This document shows positions 35,341 to 49,089 of a stretch of DNA of 64,000 nucleotides, one piece after another. Each line of letters opens with the position of its first letter. The stretch's first letter is position 1. The translations under genes and the position numbers were made by a program. A model generated the notes under the pieces. The model saw only the letters and a list, made by a program, of their open reading frames with translations, was not told the DNA's origin and did not search any database. This DNA is from Okamejei kenojei (Eukaryota). The stretch covers positions 22,754,001-22,818,000 of the forward strand of contig CM069162.1 of NCBI GenBank assembly GCA_035221665.1, read 5' to 3'.

Positions 35341-37189
35341 ATATAAGAAACAAAAAATCTATAGGTTTAAGGTGGGAAAGAAGGAGATTTGAGGGAAATT
35401 TTTTTTTTGTTGCACAAAAAGTGGTTGATATCTGGACCTCGCTGCCAGAGGTGGTGGTGTCAGATACAATCAGTATGTTTAAGAGTCAGTGTTCGGGCAT
35501 TTGAAAGATGTTTTTGAAGGCTGGCTGTGGTGGGTCAGAGAACCAACAACCTATAAGCCTGATCAGAGCCTGCGCTGTGGTTGAGGGTTGGAGATGTCTG
35601 GGTGGGGAGAAGAATTTAATTTGATGGTTGTCGAGGACCAGGGAGGATTTTCCCTGGAGCCAATGATTCCAGCTGAGCATGGGTCTGTGATGAGGCTAGT
35701 GAAAATTTGAGGGCAGGTTGCAAATTGTGGTCTTTAGTGAAGGTTGAACCTTGGGCCTGATGGTGAAGATTTAAAGGATTGGATAATTGGGATTGGAGCG
35801 GTTGAAAGTCAGAGCTGGGGCCTTGGAGGAATTAAGGTGGAGTTTGGTGGAAGAGTGGCATTACGGTGATTCCAAAATGATCAGGAGGTTCACAGAGTTA
35901 TGTTGGGAATCCTATTGCATTGGGGGACTTAGCTCAAGTTCTTCTGTGGCTCCACATTGATGACTGTCATCCTCTGAAACCCTATCAGCTGTGCAAGGGT
36001 GGAGGATAGCAGGAGTGCCCAGAGGGATATCCAGGTGAGCCCCAGACGCAAGTCCTGCCGTGTTCTCTCCGGGGTAAACAGCTTTCAGCTGCAGAGCACT
36101 GACAAACATAGCCGTGTAATGGAAACCTAATGCCCAAACAAGAGTTGAAGCTCAATTAGTTGAAAATTTTAAAGCAGACTGATAGTTTCTTGTTAGCATG
36201 GGTAAGGATGATTTACGGATGTTGGCGGGTGCAGCAAATCGAGATTAAGGCAGCTGCATTGGAAGTTAATCCAGTATTTTTTGAGGAACCAAATGGTTGG
36301 CGAGAGATCTCTTGTTTCTCAGCACAAAGGAACATTTTGGGTGGGGGTGGGGGGAATCATATGCACTATAATTCTGAAGAGAATAAATATTTTAATAAAA
36401 CTTGATCTCAAATTAAGTCAAAATTAGGAAGCTGAGACAGAATTGCATTGGATTGCTTACATTAACCTGGCTGTGATGGCTTCAAGATCAAGTGCAGCCA
36501 AAGCTACAACATTGCAGCGCCAGGCAAATTATTTTTAGGAGTCTATCTCATTATGTTTTGAATTCTTTCGCTGAGTGGAATCGGATCTGCCAGCAAGATA
36601 ATCAGTATGATGCTGAGATCGATTGAATAGAAGACTTTCCAACCAGACAGCTCTATTGTAGTTGTTCTAAGGTGAGGGCCTGGAATTGCAACTTTTTCCA
36701 CGAGAAAATCTATTTAAGTTTTTTTTAAACTAAGAGGAGTACGTCTGCTTTGCTGATACGCACATTTCCTTATCCAGCCTGGGTCACTGCATTCCCGACC
36801 TGGAAAGCCACTAACTGCATTCTCAGACATGTTGCAAGTGCTCCTAACATTCCAGTAGTTCATGTTCTGAGAGCAGAGTGTGCATGGGCAAAGCTGTGAT
36901 GACTACAAGCCATCCCAGACACCACAAAGCTCCTAGACAGGCTAAATTTGGTGATGATTTCAGGAATTCTGAGAAGCTTGCTTTTGATGTGGTGCAGAAA
37001 CATAAGTGGCTTTGCGACTGAGTGAGACCACGAGCATAACCGGGAGTTCAAGCACAGCAGTAGTAAAGAGGAAACATTTACTGTACGCTGTTTCATATAT
37101 AAATACCTCCATAAATTCTTCAGTGAAGATATGCACCCAGATGTTGCAGTGCATCACACTGATGTTTAGTGGCAATCCTTTGCAGGTAC

Positions 37190-37352
37190 TATCGCAATGT
37201 TTAAAAAAGATTTAGACAGGTACATGGGTAGGAGAGTTTAAGAGGGATATTGGCCAAATGCAGGCAGGTAGGACTAGTGTAGATAGGACATGTTGGTCGG
37301 TGTGGGCGTTGGGCTGAAGGGCCTGTTTCCACGCTGTATGACTCTATGACTC
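37190..37352 (+). mobile_element. CR1 LINE 3' tail fragment
   Basis: tttagacaggtacatgg...gggcctgtttccacgctgtatgactctatgact. Confidence 0.8.
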
Positions 37353-37854
37353 CAAAATGTTGGAAGTTACAGATCAGCCATTACCTTTTTAAAAAAAAAG
37401 ACAAAGTGCTGGAGTAACTTAGCGGGTCTGACTTAGCAGTTCCTTGCTCCAAGCCACTGCCTTTACCACAGTGAGTCCAAGCTCGGCACAGTAAACAATT
37501 GCACTTGTTCCTCGGCACAATGTGGTTAATTTTCCCACTGCATTGAAAGCTGTGTTGCAGTGGGAGTGTCAGCATTTGGCTTTATCCAGTGGGGAAGTGG
37601 TATTGGGTGAGCAAGCATGTTTTGCCGTTGGAGGCTGCACTGTGGAATTTCCAGTGGGAGGGGTGGTGGGTGCACGGGGCTTCATACACATCAGGGTACA
37701 CACAGAATAGTTTCAGATGACCTTGTGTTAACACCTGGATTTGAGGGGGAGACCTGCCCCAAATGCTTTTGTGCGAGGAAGAACATAATGCGAGGTTCAG
37801 CTGAAACGGGACACGAGGGTGGAAAACTATGTGCTGAACAGCCACTTAACCTGC

Positions 37855-38300
37855 AGACACAAGAAACTGCAGCTGCTGAAGTTTTGAGGGGGAAAAAAGT
37901 ACTGGAGGAACACAGCAGGTCAGGCTGCATCCGTAGAGGAAACGGACAGACGATTTTCCAGATTGAAAAAAGGATCTAGAGTGGTGAACCTGTGGTATTC
38001 TCTGTCACAGAAGGTAGTTGAGGCCAGTTCATTGGCTATATTTAAGAGGGAGTTAGATGTGGCCCTTGTGGCTAAAGGGATCAGGGGGTATGGAGAGAAG
38101 GCAGGTACAGGATACTGAGTTGGATGATCAGCCATGATCATATTGAATGGTGGTGCAGGCTCACAGGGCCAAATGGCCTACTCCTGCACCTATTTTCTAT
38201 GTTTCTATGATCCCAAGCCGAATCATCGTCCATCTATTCCCTCCACAGTTACTACCTGACCCATTGAGTTTAGTGGCCCTCCAGCACATTGTTTTAGCCT
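37855..38300. mobile_element. Penelope-terminal-repeat fold-back element split by a CR1 3' fragment (37977-38208, + strand)
   Basis: The CR1 piece agagtggtgaacctgtgg...ctcctgcacctattttctatgtttctat is flanked by GATC (37973-37976, 38209-38212) and sits inside the hammerhead stem II region. Confidence 0.7.
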
Positions 38301-39624
38301 GATGAACTAAATGCCCTTTGCTACCAGAAATTCTGAGTAATTTTAAGCCTGCCATGCAGTGCCTTTCATGTTCCAAAGTGCAGATGTATTTTTAAATATG
38401 GCTTTGCGATGAGCTTGTTATATTTCATTTGATACTAACTCAATCTGGATTTGGATGCTTTCTTGAAGACGGTTGTGGATTTGAAACGAATAAAACCAAG
38501 GCCAAAAAAAACTAAGATTTGACACCTGCCTGTTTCAGACATCCTGACACTTTTACATGAGAACCACTTCATATTGACATAAAAGTGGCAGCAGCATCTC
38601 AGCAGGCTTACAGCTCCAGAGTCTCTGTTTGCAAAGCAGTTAACTTAACAATCATGGGATGGGGCTGATGCATGATAGAGGATGGATTTGGGGTGCATTA
38701 TTTTCTAATTAAATATCCCAGAAACTAATTATCAGATTACTGAACCATGCTGTTGACAGTTGCACGTATTTGATGTAATTATTTTCCTGTTGACTGAAGC
38801 AGCCAAGCATCACTTAGCAGTTAAGTACGCTTCAACCTTTGTGAACATTTGCAGTGTAATCATTTCAGAAGATGTAATTTTATTAAAGTTCTCATCAGAA
38901 GCTTTTGGGATTTTGCCTCACCATCTCCTTTTCATCTCAGCATCAAGTTCTCCCTGTCCTTGCATTCCATTGTTTGGTGCTTCTGGATTTTCTTTTTACG
39001 CACAACACACGACAGTCATTTTTGCAGGCTTGCGTTATTTTATTTTCGTAAGCCGTTCCAACAAGAGATCAGTGGCTTCTGCATCATTGCAGTTTTACAG
39101 CCAGTAATGCTATGGGGTAAATGAGCAGATGGCCGGTATGGACAAGTTGGGCAGAATGGTCTGCTTTCATGCTGTATAGCTCTGTGACTCTATGTCAGGC
39201 TGAGGGATAAATGTACACCAGGACACTGAGAGAATGTCATTGTGAAGGTTGTGCATTTTACCAAAAGATGAACTGCCTGAAGTAAGTGTCCAGGGCTTCT
39301 CATGCCTTTGTCTCCAAAACAGAAGCTTCCATGTGTTGAGGTTTACACTGCCCGGGTGGCATGTAAAGCAAAGAAGTGGAGCAGAGGAAAATTTTATTTT
39401 ATCATATACCACTGAGCATGGCGAGTGCCAGCGTGGATTTGGACACACTGACAACCGGAAGGGGAACAGTAGCCTCCTCAAAGAAGACAGGAAGTCCCTG
39501 ATTTTTCTTCTCTAAACATTTGTCGTGCAGTTTATTTGGTGAATCATTCCAAAAAGGTGCAATTGAATTTCTAACCTATTGGTTTCAAATTCATTTATCA
39601 TTAAGAGAGAGAAAATGCTACTTT

Positions 39625-39835
39625 CTAGTCATGCAGCGCAGAAACATGCCCTTTGGCCCAACTGATCCATGCCAACCAAGGTGCCTCATCCAAGCTAGTC
39701 CCATTTATCCACATTTGGCCCAATATCCCTCTCAACTTTTCCGATCCATGCAACAATCTTTTACAAGTTGTCATTATAGCTGCCTCAACAGTTCCATATA
39801 CTCACCACTCTCTGTGAAAATGTTGCCCCTCAAGT
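39625..39835 (-). mobile_element. CR1 LINE 3' fragment
   Basis: cagcgcagaaaca.gccctttggccca...tagtcccattt...accactctctgtg. Confidence 0.7.
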
Positions 39836-41049
39836 CATATTTATTCTTATCTGCAATGACTTTTTCGAAGTGGAAGGAGCACCTTGCCTTGGAGAGTTAG
39901 CCGTCCTGCAGTCAACTGGTTAGCCATGGACTGGACATGGAGAATGCCTCCCGGGTCTAAGCTACCAGAAACCCACTGATATCGGAGAGAATGATTCAGC
40001 TCCTCCAGAAAGGATAGAAACAGCAAAGGCAGTCCATTAGATAAGATTGCTGTACATGGTTGAAATGCAGGCACATGGTAGCATTGTTTAAACTTTGCAG
40101 GGAATAGGCTGCAATCACAGAGTAAATGGCACAGTCTTTGCAAATGTTATTTTGTCTATGTTTCAGTTTCATACTGAATTTTACAAAGCCTACTTAAGTT
40201 GTACATAACAAATCCCAGTCCATGGCCCAGTTTGGTCTGAATGCATGAAGCTTATTCTCTTGTGTATGGTGCTCGTTCCAATTTAGGGAAGGCAATTGTG
40301 TTGTAATATAACAAAGTTGACCCAGAGGAGCAGAGTGGGTGACAGACAATGCTCCCAGAGGTTTTAAGGTGGAAACAGCAGCCTCCGTAACATGAGATTG
40401 GTTTTGTGCCAGCCCTGTCATCTTGGTGCAGGAAGGAAGAGCCAAGCAGTCCTATCAGCACTTTAATGCTGTAATCCTTGCCGTGTTGGCAAACAGCCAG
40501 GGGTTGAGACTAGGCGAAACCAGGCCTGCAAATTCTATAGAGAAAGCTCCTTTTCCCCTCTCCAGTTTTACTTGGCAGCCCTTGTGTGGGAACACTACAA
40601 AGCGGAGGCTGATAAAGAGGTGGGACCTGGCACAGCTCTCCGAATCTGAACTGTCTCCAAGCTGCAGCTGCAAAGACTCTGCCATTTACTCTGCGATTAA
40701 AGTACACAGCTCACAAAGCCAATGTTTCAGCGGGGCCTGGAACAAGCACAAAACGTTGATATGTACTTTCAGAGGTTAAAATGCTTTGGAAATCACAGGT
40801 TTGGCAAAGTAAGGACTGACAACTGTTTACTTATTTGAAAAATAATAGCGCTTTGCCAAACTGCATGGAGATATAGCAACCTTGGATATAGCACTTTCAC
40901 TAATATCTTCCCAGTAACATATTGGGAGTATTTTAACCTAATCTGATCAGTGGACAGATTGGGTTGAAAGCTGATTATATGCATGCATGGGATGGGTGGG
41001 GTGGGTTGGGAAGCTATGACTGGTGGTGGGATCACGTTCAAGGTGCTGG

Positions 41050-41360
41050 AAATGACCCATTTCACCCATCTGCCCTACTGTGCCCATGCTCCTATATTCC
41101 TTCCAATGACTTCATTTTGTGTCGCCTTGATCCTTATCTCACATCATTTGTCTTTTCATTTCTGGCCTTTGTCGAACCATCTGCCAGTCAAAAAAGAAAC
41201 CCTCATCTGGATCCACCAATCACTGGCCAGACTTGTCCCACGCTCGTCTCTTGCCTTTATTACAATCAATTTGAAGAAGGGTCCCAACCCGAAACATCGC
41301 CCGTCCATGTGCTCCAGAGATGCCTCCTAACCCACTGAGTTACTCCAGCACTTTGTCCTT
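41050..41360 (+). mobile_element. Penelope 3' region / terminal repeat with hammerhead-like motif
   Basis: ttgaagaagggtcccaacccgaaacatc at 41271-41298, followed by ctccagagatgc...ctgagttactccagcactttgt. Confidence 0.65.
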
Positions 41361-42094
41361 GTTCCCCAGGAGCATCATGGTTGAAATCACCTCATTCATT
41401 CACTGCTCCGCCCATTGTCCTGTGTGTCCAAGATGGCTGCAGCCATACACCATCAAAGACCCACTGATAATGTTAGAAATATCAACAACAATGATTCTCA
41501 GCTCTCGTATTCAGTTCATTTTGAGTCAAGACTATAACAAAATCTGGCACTAAGCTGCAATGTTGAAATCTGTCTTGAGCACTGGTGGGCTTGCCGTTGT
41601 TGAGGGGATGTCTGTACACAATTGATGAATTGCCACCACTGATAACTCTTCCGGTGTCATTGCTGAGGATCGGGAAAGAAAAAATGGAAAGCAATCATTT
41701 GAGATTTGCTAATTCTTTATCAGTGGAATGTGAATGAAGCATGCGGTGTTTTGTCTCCTGAGGAATTTGCTTAGTTAGAGACTTGGCTTATTTTACCAGA
41801 AATAAAGAAACCATTAGTTAACTCGCTAATCAGCAAGTTTAAAAAAATTAGATTTTTGTACTGTTTTAGTTTAATTGTGTTGTGCAGTCCAGATGTGTGG
41901 TAAGTGCAATGAGAACAGGTATGAATGTATAATATTTATTTTGCTCTTGTACATTGTTAAACGTTTGAAATATGAGCTGGAGTGGAGCGCAACCATGTCC
42001 AGACTTGCCTCCATCTTCATCTACTGAGATGCAGACAATCTGTGGGCTGAGTTTCCTATCTACTAGATGCAGTGTACTTCTGCAGACAACATTT

Positions 42095-42460
42095 ACAACA
42101 TTATGAAGGGCGTAGAAGATAAATAGTCAAAGTCTTTCTCCTAGGGTAGGCGAGTGTAAACCTAGAGAGTAAAAAATTAAGACAAGAAGGAATAAATGTA
42201 AAGGAGATTTGAGGGTCAAGTTTTTCCACACATGAGGGTGTTGGCTATATGAATCAAGCTACCAGAGGAAATGGTAGAGGTGGGTAGAATTACAGCATTT
42301 GAAGCGATAAATGCCTGGATAGGAAAGGAATAGAGAGGTATAGCCCTAATAGCTCTAATAGGTATAGCTCTAAATGAGATTTGTGAAGAAAGGCATCCAG
42401 TTTGTCATGGATGAGTTGGGCTGACTGGAATTTGTGTATGCTGTATATCTCTATGACAGT
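42095..42460 (+). mobile_element. CR1 LINE 3' fragment (old)
   Basis: attatgaagggcgtaga...tttttccacac..agggtg...ccagaggaa.tggtagagg. Confidence 0.7.
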
Positions 42461-43952
42461 GACTATAAGTGTTCTCAGCAGATCTTCCAATCCTTTATCC
42501 TTGGAGCAATGTCCGTGGTTTACCCCCACCCCACTGTGCCCCTCCAGTATCCCCTCTCAGATTTTTGCACATTTTATGCAATAAAAGTTTGGCTTCACTT
42601 TTTTCATAGTCTTAGATTCCTGATATTATTGAACGTGTCTCTCCGATGCAACAAATAGTTTTTTTTTTCCATTGTAGCTCCAGGTTTGCAATGGGTGAAG
42701 AAATAATGGGAGAGTAGGCAAAGAAAAGCATTGTGCATCTTTTCCAAGAATAACTTCCCAAATCAAATCCAATTCCGACAGTGCCACTTCCTCCTCTGGG
42801 GACAGTAATTGGTTGGCTCTGTTCCATCTGCACAGACATGCTTGCAGAAACCCCCTTTGCATGCTCAATCAAATGAAGTATCAACGCCTTAGTCAAATCA
42901 CACAAAATAGCACAGGTCGGGCCACTTATTACAGATTCAGTACTTTTTTAAAACAACGTAATTTTTTTCCGGGTGTGAGAAATACTGTGCATTTTAACAG
43001 CTCTTTATTGGCCATTTACTTTATCTTTAAGCATTCCATATTTTGTAACAACATAAATTAAACGCAGAATGATATGCAGATCTACATGCTTTTAATACTC
43101 TCTGAATATAAACAATCATGTTTCCGGGTCAAAGAGGCCGCCACGATACATTTTCTTTCTTTGCTGCCAAAAGATTAGCTGTAATAAATACTTTGACTTG
43201 GCATGATAGAGGAAGTAGGGTCTCATTTTTCCTGTGTGTAGATTTTATAACACTAACCAGGTGCCTGCAGTCTGGGTTCAGAAACAGAACGGTATTGATT
43301 ATGTCTGCCTGGATTATTGTGGAGCCCTTCTGTCTTGCTGAACATGAGCAAAGTGGTCTCATACACAGCAATCTGGACAGTTGTTCCAGTTTGAAAGCAG
43401 CCCCTATAGGGAGACAGAGCAAGCATGAAGCTGACAGACCTTGCATATTTCCTTGTGTTCTGAAGTATTTCCCAGTTTTATAAATTCAAATTTTTTAAAA
43501 AGCAAATACTAGAATTCTAAAAATTAGGAAGTATGAAGAAACAGCCAAACATTTGCCTTTCTTTCTGCTTAAAATTTTGGCGTGTCTGAGTCGCAGGCTG
43601 ACAACTGTCCCCCACATGGTCTCTCTCTTCATATAGTGTTCCGCAGTGGATTCTGTCGCTATCTATATCAGTTTTTGAACAACGTCCACAAAATCACATT
43701 TTGCCGCAGCAGGAAGTCCTGGCCTGGCCTCCAGACCCAGCAAGCTTCACATGAACAGCTCCAGCTCTAGGTTTGGAGCCTGCTGGCAATTCCCATGTGT
43801 TCCTGGAGGCCTTGGGGGTGGGGGGCGGGAGGCAGGAATGCTGCTGCAGATTCCTTAAAGTCAGCCTGGCTCAGCGTCTCTGTGATTTCTACAACAGTTG
43901 CTTGCTAAACGCTGGTCTCAAAGGGGAATGAACTGCACCAGTATTATTGGAG

Positions 43953-44043
43953 ATGGACACAAATTGCTGGAGTAATTCAGCGGGTCAGGCAGCATCTCTG
44001 GAGAACATGGATAGGTGACATTTCGGGTCGGAACCCTTCTTCA
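43953..44043 (-). mobile_element. Penelope terminal-repeat fragment with hammerhead-like motif
   Basis: Minus strand: tgaagaagggttccgacccgaaatgtcacc...gacccgctgaattactccagc. Confidence 0.8.
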
Positions 44044-45199
44044 TTTATTATTGGATGTTTGGTGGGCATGCTCGCAATAATGGTATAAAATCTGCAACAA
44101 GGGAGCCTCCATCTTATTGAATCATTTGGAAGAGTGGTATTGTGGCACTGAAGCAAGTCACCACCATGAAAATTAACTCTTGAAACATTTGTTCCTATAA
44201 TGGTGCTGTTCCTTTAAAATAATCATTACATCACATAATCTAGAGCATTATTGGTGAATGATTAGAGTTACCCTACAACAGCATTGAAACATGAGTAAAT
44301 GTTAATTCATCCCAGTAATTTATTGGACTGTTGCATCTACCCACAAAATACCTCATATGAAGCTTCTAAATTAATCAGCTGCCCGGGAGAGTCTGTTCAG
44401 CCCATCTTCACTTAAGATAGCTTTTAAGGACTTTTTTACATTTTGTTTGATAGAATTATTTCCAGCAATAAATGTTAAAACTTAAGAGCATGGAAGCTCA
44501 CCTGCCATCCTTCCTAATCAGTCCTGCCAGCTGGCTCCCTGGACACACAAAAGCAAGCACGTGTGAACAGTGCAGGTCATGGAACAGCTACAGATGCAGG
44601 CTTCGTCTTGTTAAACTTTAGGCTCGTCTGATCCTATTATAAAGGGTAACATCAAAACAGGAGAGTGCACAGACAGTCGCCAAAATCCCCAAAGGGCCTA
44701 GAAAGCTGCAAGACCTGAGCTTTTTTTCAAGAACATTTATTACTTATGAAACCTTCCAAGCTCAGAGACTGCGGATGAAGCCAGACAGCCAATTACTGTA
44801 TTAGTGTTTCAAAGCCTCTTTAGCTGTCTGTAGAAATCACCATCACACTCCCCTCGTAGCACATGTTGTTGCTGCAAAGCTTCGGGCCATCCTGTTAGTA
44901 GAAGCATGCCTCTGCGATCATTCCCAGACTCACATGCTGAGCGCCCTTGAATCTTTTTCTTTCTGTAGCACGAGCCACAGGCCTAGAAATTGAATTATTT
45001 CTTTAGCTTTATGCAATTGAAAATTGTGCTTTTGTTTTCTGGAGTGAAATGCAATAAAGGCCATTTTTCTTTGATTTCAAACGAGTTGCCCTTGTACCAA
45101 AACATAGGTCAGGGGCATGGGATGGTGCAGTTGCCTATGTGATCCATTACAGGAGATGAGACCATGTTGTCTTGGGAGCTCCCATTGTTATGCAGTCTT

Positions 45200-45411
45200 C
45201 AGTTTAGTTTTATTTAATTTGGAGATAGAGCGTGGAAACAGGCCCTTCGGCCCACTAAGTCCGCACTGATTAGCAATCACACTGTACACTAGCATTGTCC
45301 TGCGCACGAGAGACAATTTATAATCTGCAAACATGTATGTCTTTGCAGTGTGGGAGGAAACTGGAGCACCAAGGGAAAACCCACGCACGCACAAGGCGAA
45401 CATACAAATTC
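45200..45411 (-). mobile_element. HE1-type V-SINE, 3' part
   Basis: agcgtggaaacaggcccttcggccc...gtgggaggaaactggagcac. Confidence 0.85.
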
Positions 45412-46819
45412 TGGAAGACTGGCTACAATTGTAGCTTATCAAACCCCCCCTCCCCCTACACGAGTTAAATTAGTATTATTAAGGGTTCGATTTAGCCCTT
45501 CGGTGTGGACAAGCCAACCAAAACATCATAATTCTGCCACCTCCCCTCGCAGTTCTAGCCGTGAGAAGTGGGTGCAGGGGAGATGTGGCAGACACTGAAG
45601 CCTGTCATTGCCTCAGCCCTGCTTTCCAGCCAAGTCATTGGTTTAGCAACATTCCTATTTCAATTTTAGCTTCATGTCACTACTTGCATTGCTAATTATA
45701 TTTTCCAAACCTGCATTGTATCTCTTCACTGGAATCTTATCAATTAAAGTGACATCACATTGCTATTCAGTGCAGAAGACGTGAAAAGCTAGCAATTGAG
45801 TAAAAGTGAAAGCCACTGCTGGATTTTCTAATGCTCATTCCATCTCGTGTTTTAATCAACAGGAAGTGAAAAAATAACGCAGAGCATCATTTAATCCCCA
45901 AAGTGCCTTGCCCTCCCTGGTGCCCCAGCTAAAAGCCTTCAGGAAAATAACACCGCAGGACTGAAAGTCAGACTTGCAGTAAAAATCTTATGTGGAAGTA
46001 TAGTTGTTAATTGATCATCGAAATCAGCAATTCCCAAATATGTAGGCAGGCAGATAAAATCACGACAATGTTTACAATGTACCTTGTTGGCCAATCTTGC
46101 TGCTAAGATCTTTATACCTAAACCTTTTGTCAGGATCATGCAACAGTTGAGGCTTGAATAGTGTTTTTAATGTTAGGATTGTGATCAACCACATCTGGCA
46201 GTCCATCAGCTCTGTTGTAAAGTTTTGTTGGGTATGCACATGTATCTGGCCCTTTCACCAGTGCAGATTAGCTAAAAGAAGAGAGGCTATCTTTAAATCC
46301 CTGCTGAGTTATATATTCATCTGAAATTGGGGTTACTGTTGGTTGCACGATGCAGTTTCTAGGCAGCACAAAGTATGCCTAGAAGTATGAATCCCAGGTG
46401 CACACCACAGCGATCCTCAATGCCAACTCTATCCTTCACATCTTTCTGTTGGCATGTTGTTATTGTGAGAATCTTCCAGAGTAGCATGTGGGTTATTTCT
46501 TGCTGTTGCATTGGAACAATTACACCCACTTGGTAATAACAATATAACGGCAAGTCAACCTATGTTAGGAGCTTTGCTGATTCAGCTCCTGATCAAATCA
46601 CGTAGACCAGCTGGCCTGGTGAGTCACCAGCTACTCATGAAAACCTGAAGTATGACCTATCATTGATAGCTAGACATCTCGTCAGTCGGCTACAGATATT
46701 CCGGAAAACCAATGTCTGAATACATACAGTGGTCTTGCTTGGTGAGCTGGAAGCTCAACATCTTTGTATCTTTATGTTGTGAGGCAACATAGTTTCAACT
46801 CTGTAAATGCAGTACTATT

Positions 46820-47128
46820 TGGGTAGCACAGCAGTAAAACTACTGCCCCAGAGAGCCAGAGACCTGGGTTCAATCCTGACCTCAGCTACTGTCTGTGTGG
46901 AGTTTGCCGGTCCCATGTGTGACTGCATGGGTTTCCTCTGTATGCTCAGGTTTTGCTCCCACATCCCAAAGACGTGTGGGTTTTTAAGTTAATTGGCTTC
47001 TGTAAATTGACCCCAATGTGTAGGATATGAAATTGGGATGACATGGAACTACTGTATGGGTGATCGCTTGTTGGCGCGGACTCAGTGGGCAGAAGGGCCT
47101 GTTTCCAAGCTGTATCTCTACAAACTAA
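46820..47128 (+). mobile_element. HE1-type V-SINE
   Basis: Head, V-domain and tail all present. Confidence 0.85.
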
Positions 47129-48459
47129 GAGGCTTAACATTACCATTTGGTAAATTTCCCACCCCACGATGGGTCAACGAGCTTGACTCAGTTTGATGAA
47201 TGATGATTTATTTTTAAGTTTCTGAAAGATTAAAATATACTGCTAGCCCAATAATAAAAACCAAACGTTAATGCCACAGTTGCATAGAGTGCAATGGTTA
47301 TACATGAGCACAACGTCATGGACTACGTGCTACAGCTGAATACGATTGTGGACTGACTGGCAGGTGGTTCCATCCACCACCTGCCAGCCCCCACCCCAGC
47401 CCACCGTATCACCCCCCACCTCTCCACTCTCAGCCCTATTGCAGGCTCTTGACCCAAAACCTTCTGACCCACTGAGTACCTCAGCACTCTGCTCCAGATT
47501 CCAGCTTCTGCACTCTCTTCTGCCTCAATGTTTGTGGACTTGGTACTTTAAATTCACTCTTTGTTGAAAGATAGAATTGAGAGCTGTCAAAAGAAACTGA
47601 ATGCAACCAAATTGTTGTGAAAATCAGCAGGAAGGTGAAATTAGGTGTTCACTAATTGGAACAGTTTGTACCAAAAATGTGGCTCAATGTCAAATGCATG
47701 AAGCATTTACTTTTGTGTGGTTGCACCCATTGCCTCAGACATTATGACCTTCTGTCGACTTGGTTCGACTTCCTTCCTACTGTCGTCTCTGCTTGTTTTT
47801 TGTGTGACTCACGCTCAGAGACCAGTTTGTCTGAACAGCTAGTCCTTGAACTCTAAGAGTGGTAACAAACACAACCCACTTTTTGTGGCTTCTTTCACTT
47901 TGCATAAAAGCCTTTATCAGAACTTGTAGCCATTAGTTACACTGCAGAGAGATGCAGAGGAAGTGCCACCCTTCCCCAGTCTAACCACCCGCGCAAGAGT
48001 GGAAATGTGAGGTGGGGGCCTGTGGGTGCCAATGTCTTGCTGATAAGGAGTTTATATAAACACTTTATGCAAGTGAAAAAAGTAAAAATATTTATAATAT
48101 TACTGATTCTAGGTCATGATAATGAATGTAATTTTAACAAGCTGTTGCTTGATTGAAAATACATTTTAAGGCATGGAAACTGTAAAATTGATTCAATCTT
48201 GTTTAATCAACAAATCCTGAGGATAAAATAAATTGTAGATCTCAGCAAAAGAGCTGTTTAAAGTGGAGTTTTTGCCACATAAATATCAAAAGGAAAGATG
48301 TTTAATTGTCGTATGCAATGGAACTGGGTGAACAATGAAATTCTTACTTGCTGTAGTCTTGCAGGCCCATTAATGCAATAACACCACAAATAAATGCACA
48401 ATAAATGATCGATTCTAGCAGGTAAACCAATATCATGCAGCTGGTGAGGTCCGGTTATT

Positions 48460-48700
48460 TAGAACATAGAACAGTACAGCACAGGAACAGGCCCTTCTGA
48501 GCCAAACGTGATGCCAAGTTAACTAATCACCTCTGGCTGCTTATGATCCATATTCCTCCATTCCCTGCCTATCTATTTGTCTATCTGAAAGCCTGTTAAA
48601 CAACTCTCATATCTGCCTCCACCACTACCCCTGGCAGTGTGTTCCAGGAACCCACCACCCTCTACAAAACAAAATCACCCGCACATCTCCTTCTCTTAAT
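48460..48700 (-). mobile_element. CR1 LINE 3' fragment
   Basis: tagaacatagaacagtacagcacaggaacaggccc tail. Confidence 0.8.
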
Positions 48701-49089
48701 ATGTGGACAAACATTACTAACTATTCAGTAGTATTCAGTTTTCCTATTTTTGTTTGTAATTTTTACACATCGGTAGTAATTGTTTGAGGTATAAAATTGC
48801 CTGTCATCTTGGTGTTAAATAGTTCATGATTCTACTTTCTTTGTTCATACCACTGATATTTCAATGGTATAAAAATACTTCACTTTTTTGCACCCTTTCC
48901 TCTGTGGCAAAGTCTTTCTGATGGGGTATTGTGCGTTGGACTAGTTGGGAAACTCTTTAAAATGAATGTAAAGTTGTTTTACTTGATTCTGACATCCTTT
49001 GACAGACGTTTTGAGGTAATCTAATCATGGCCTTTAAAATAATTCAGGGATCTGAGGAGGTAGAATTAAAGAAACTATTTGCTGTGGTG

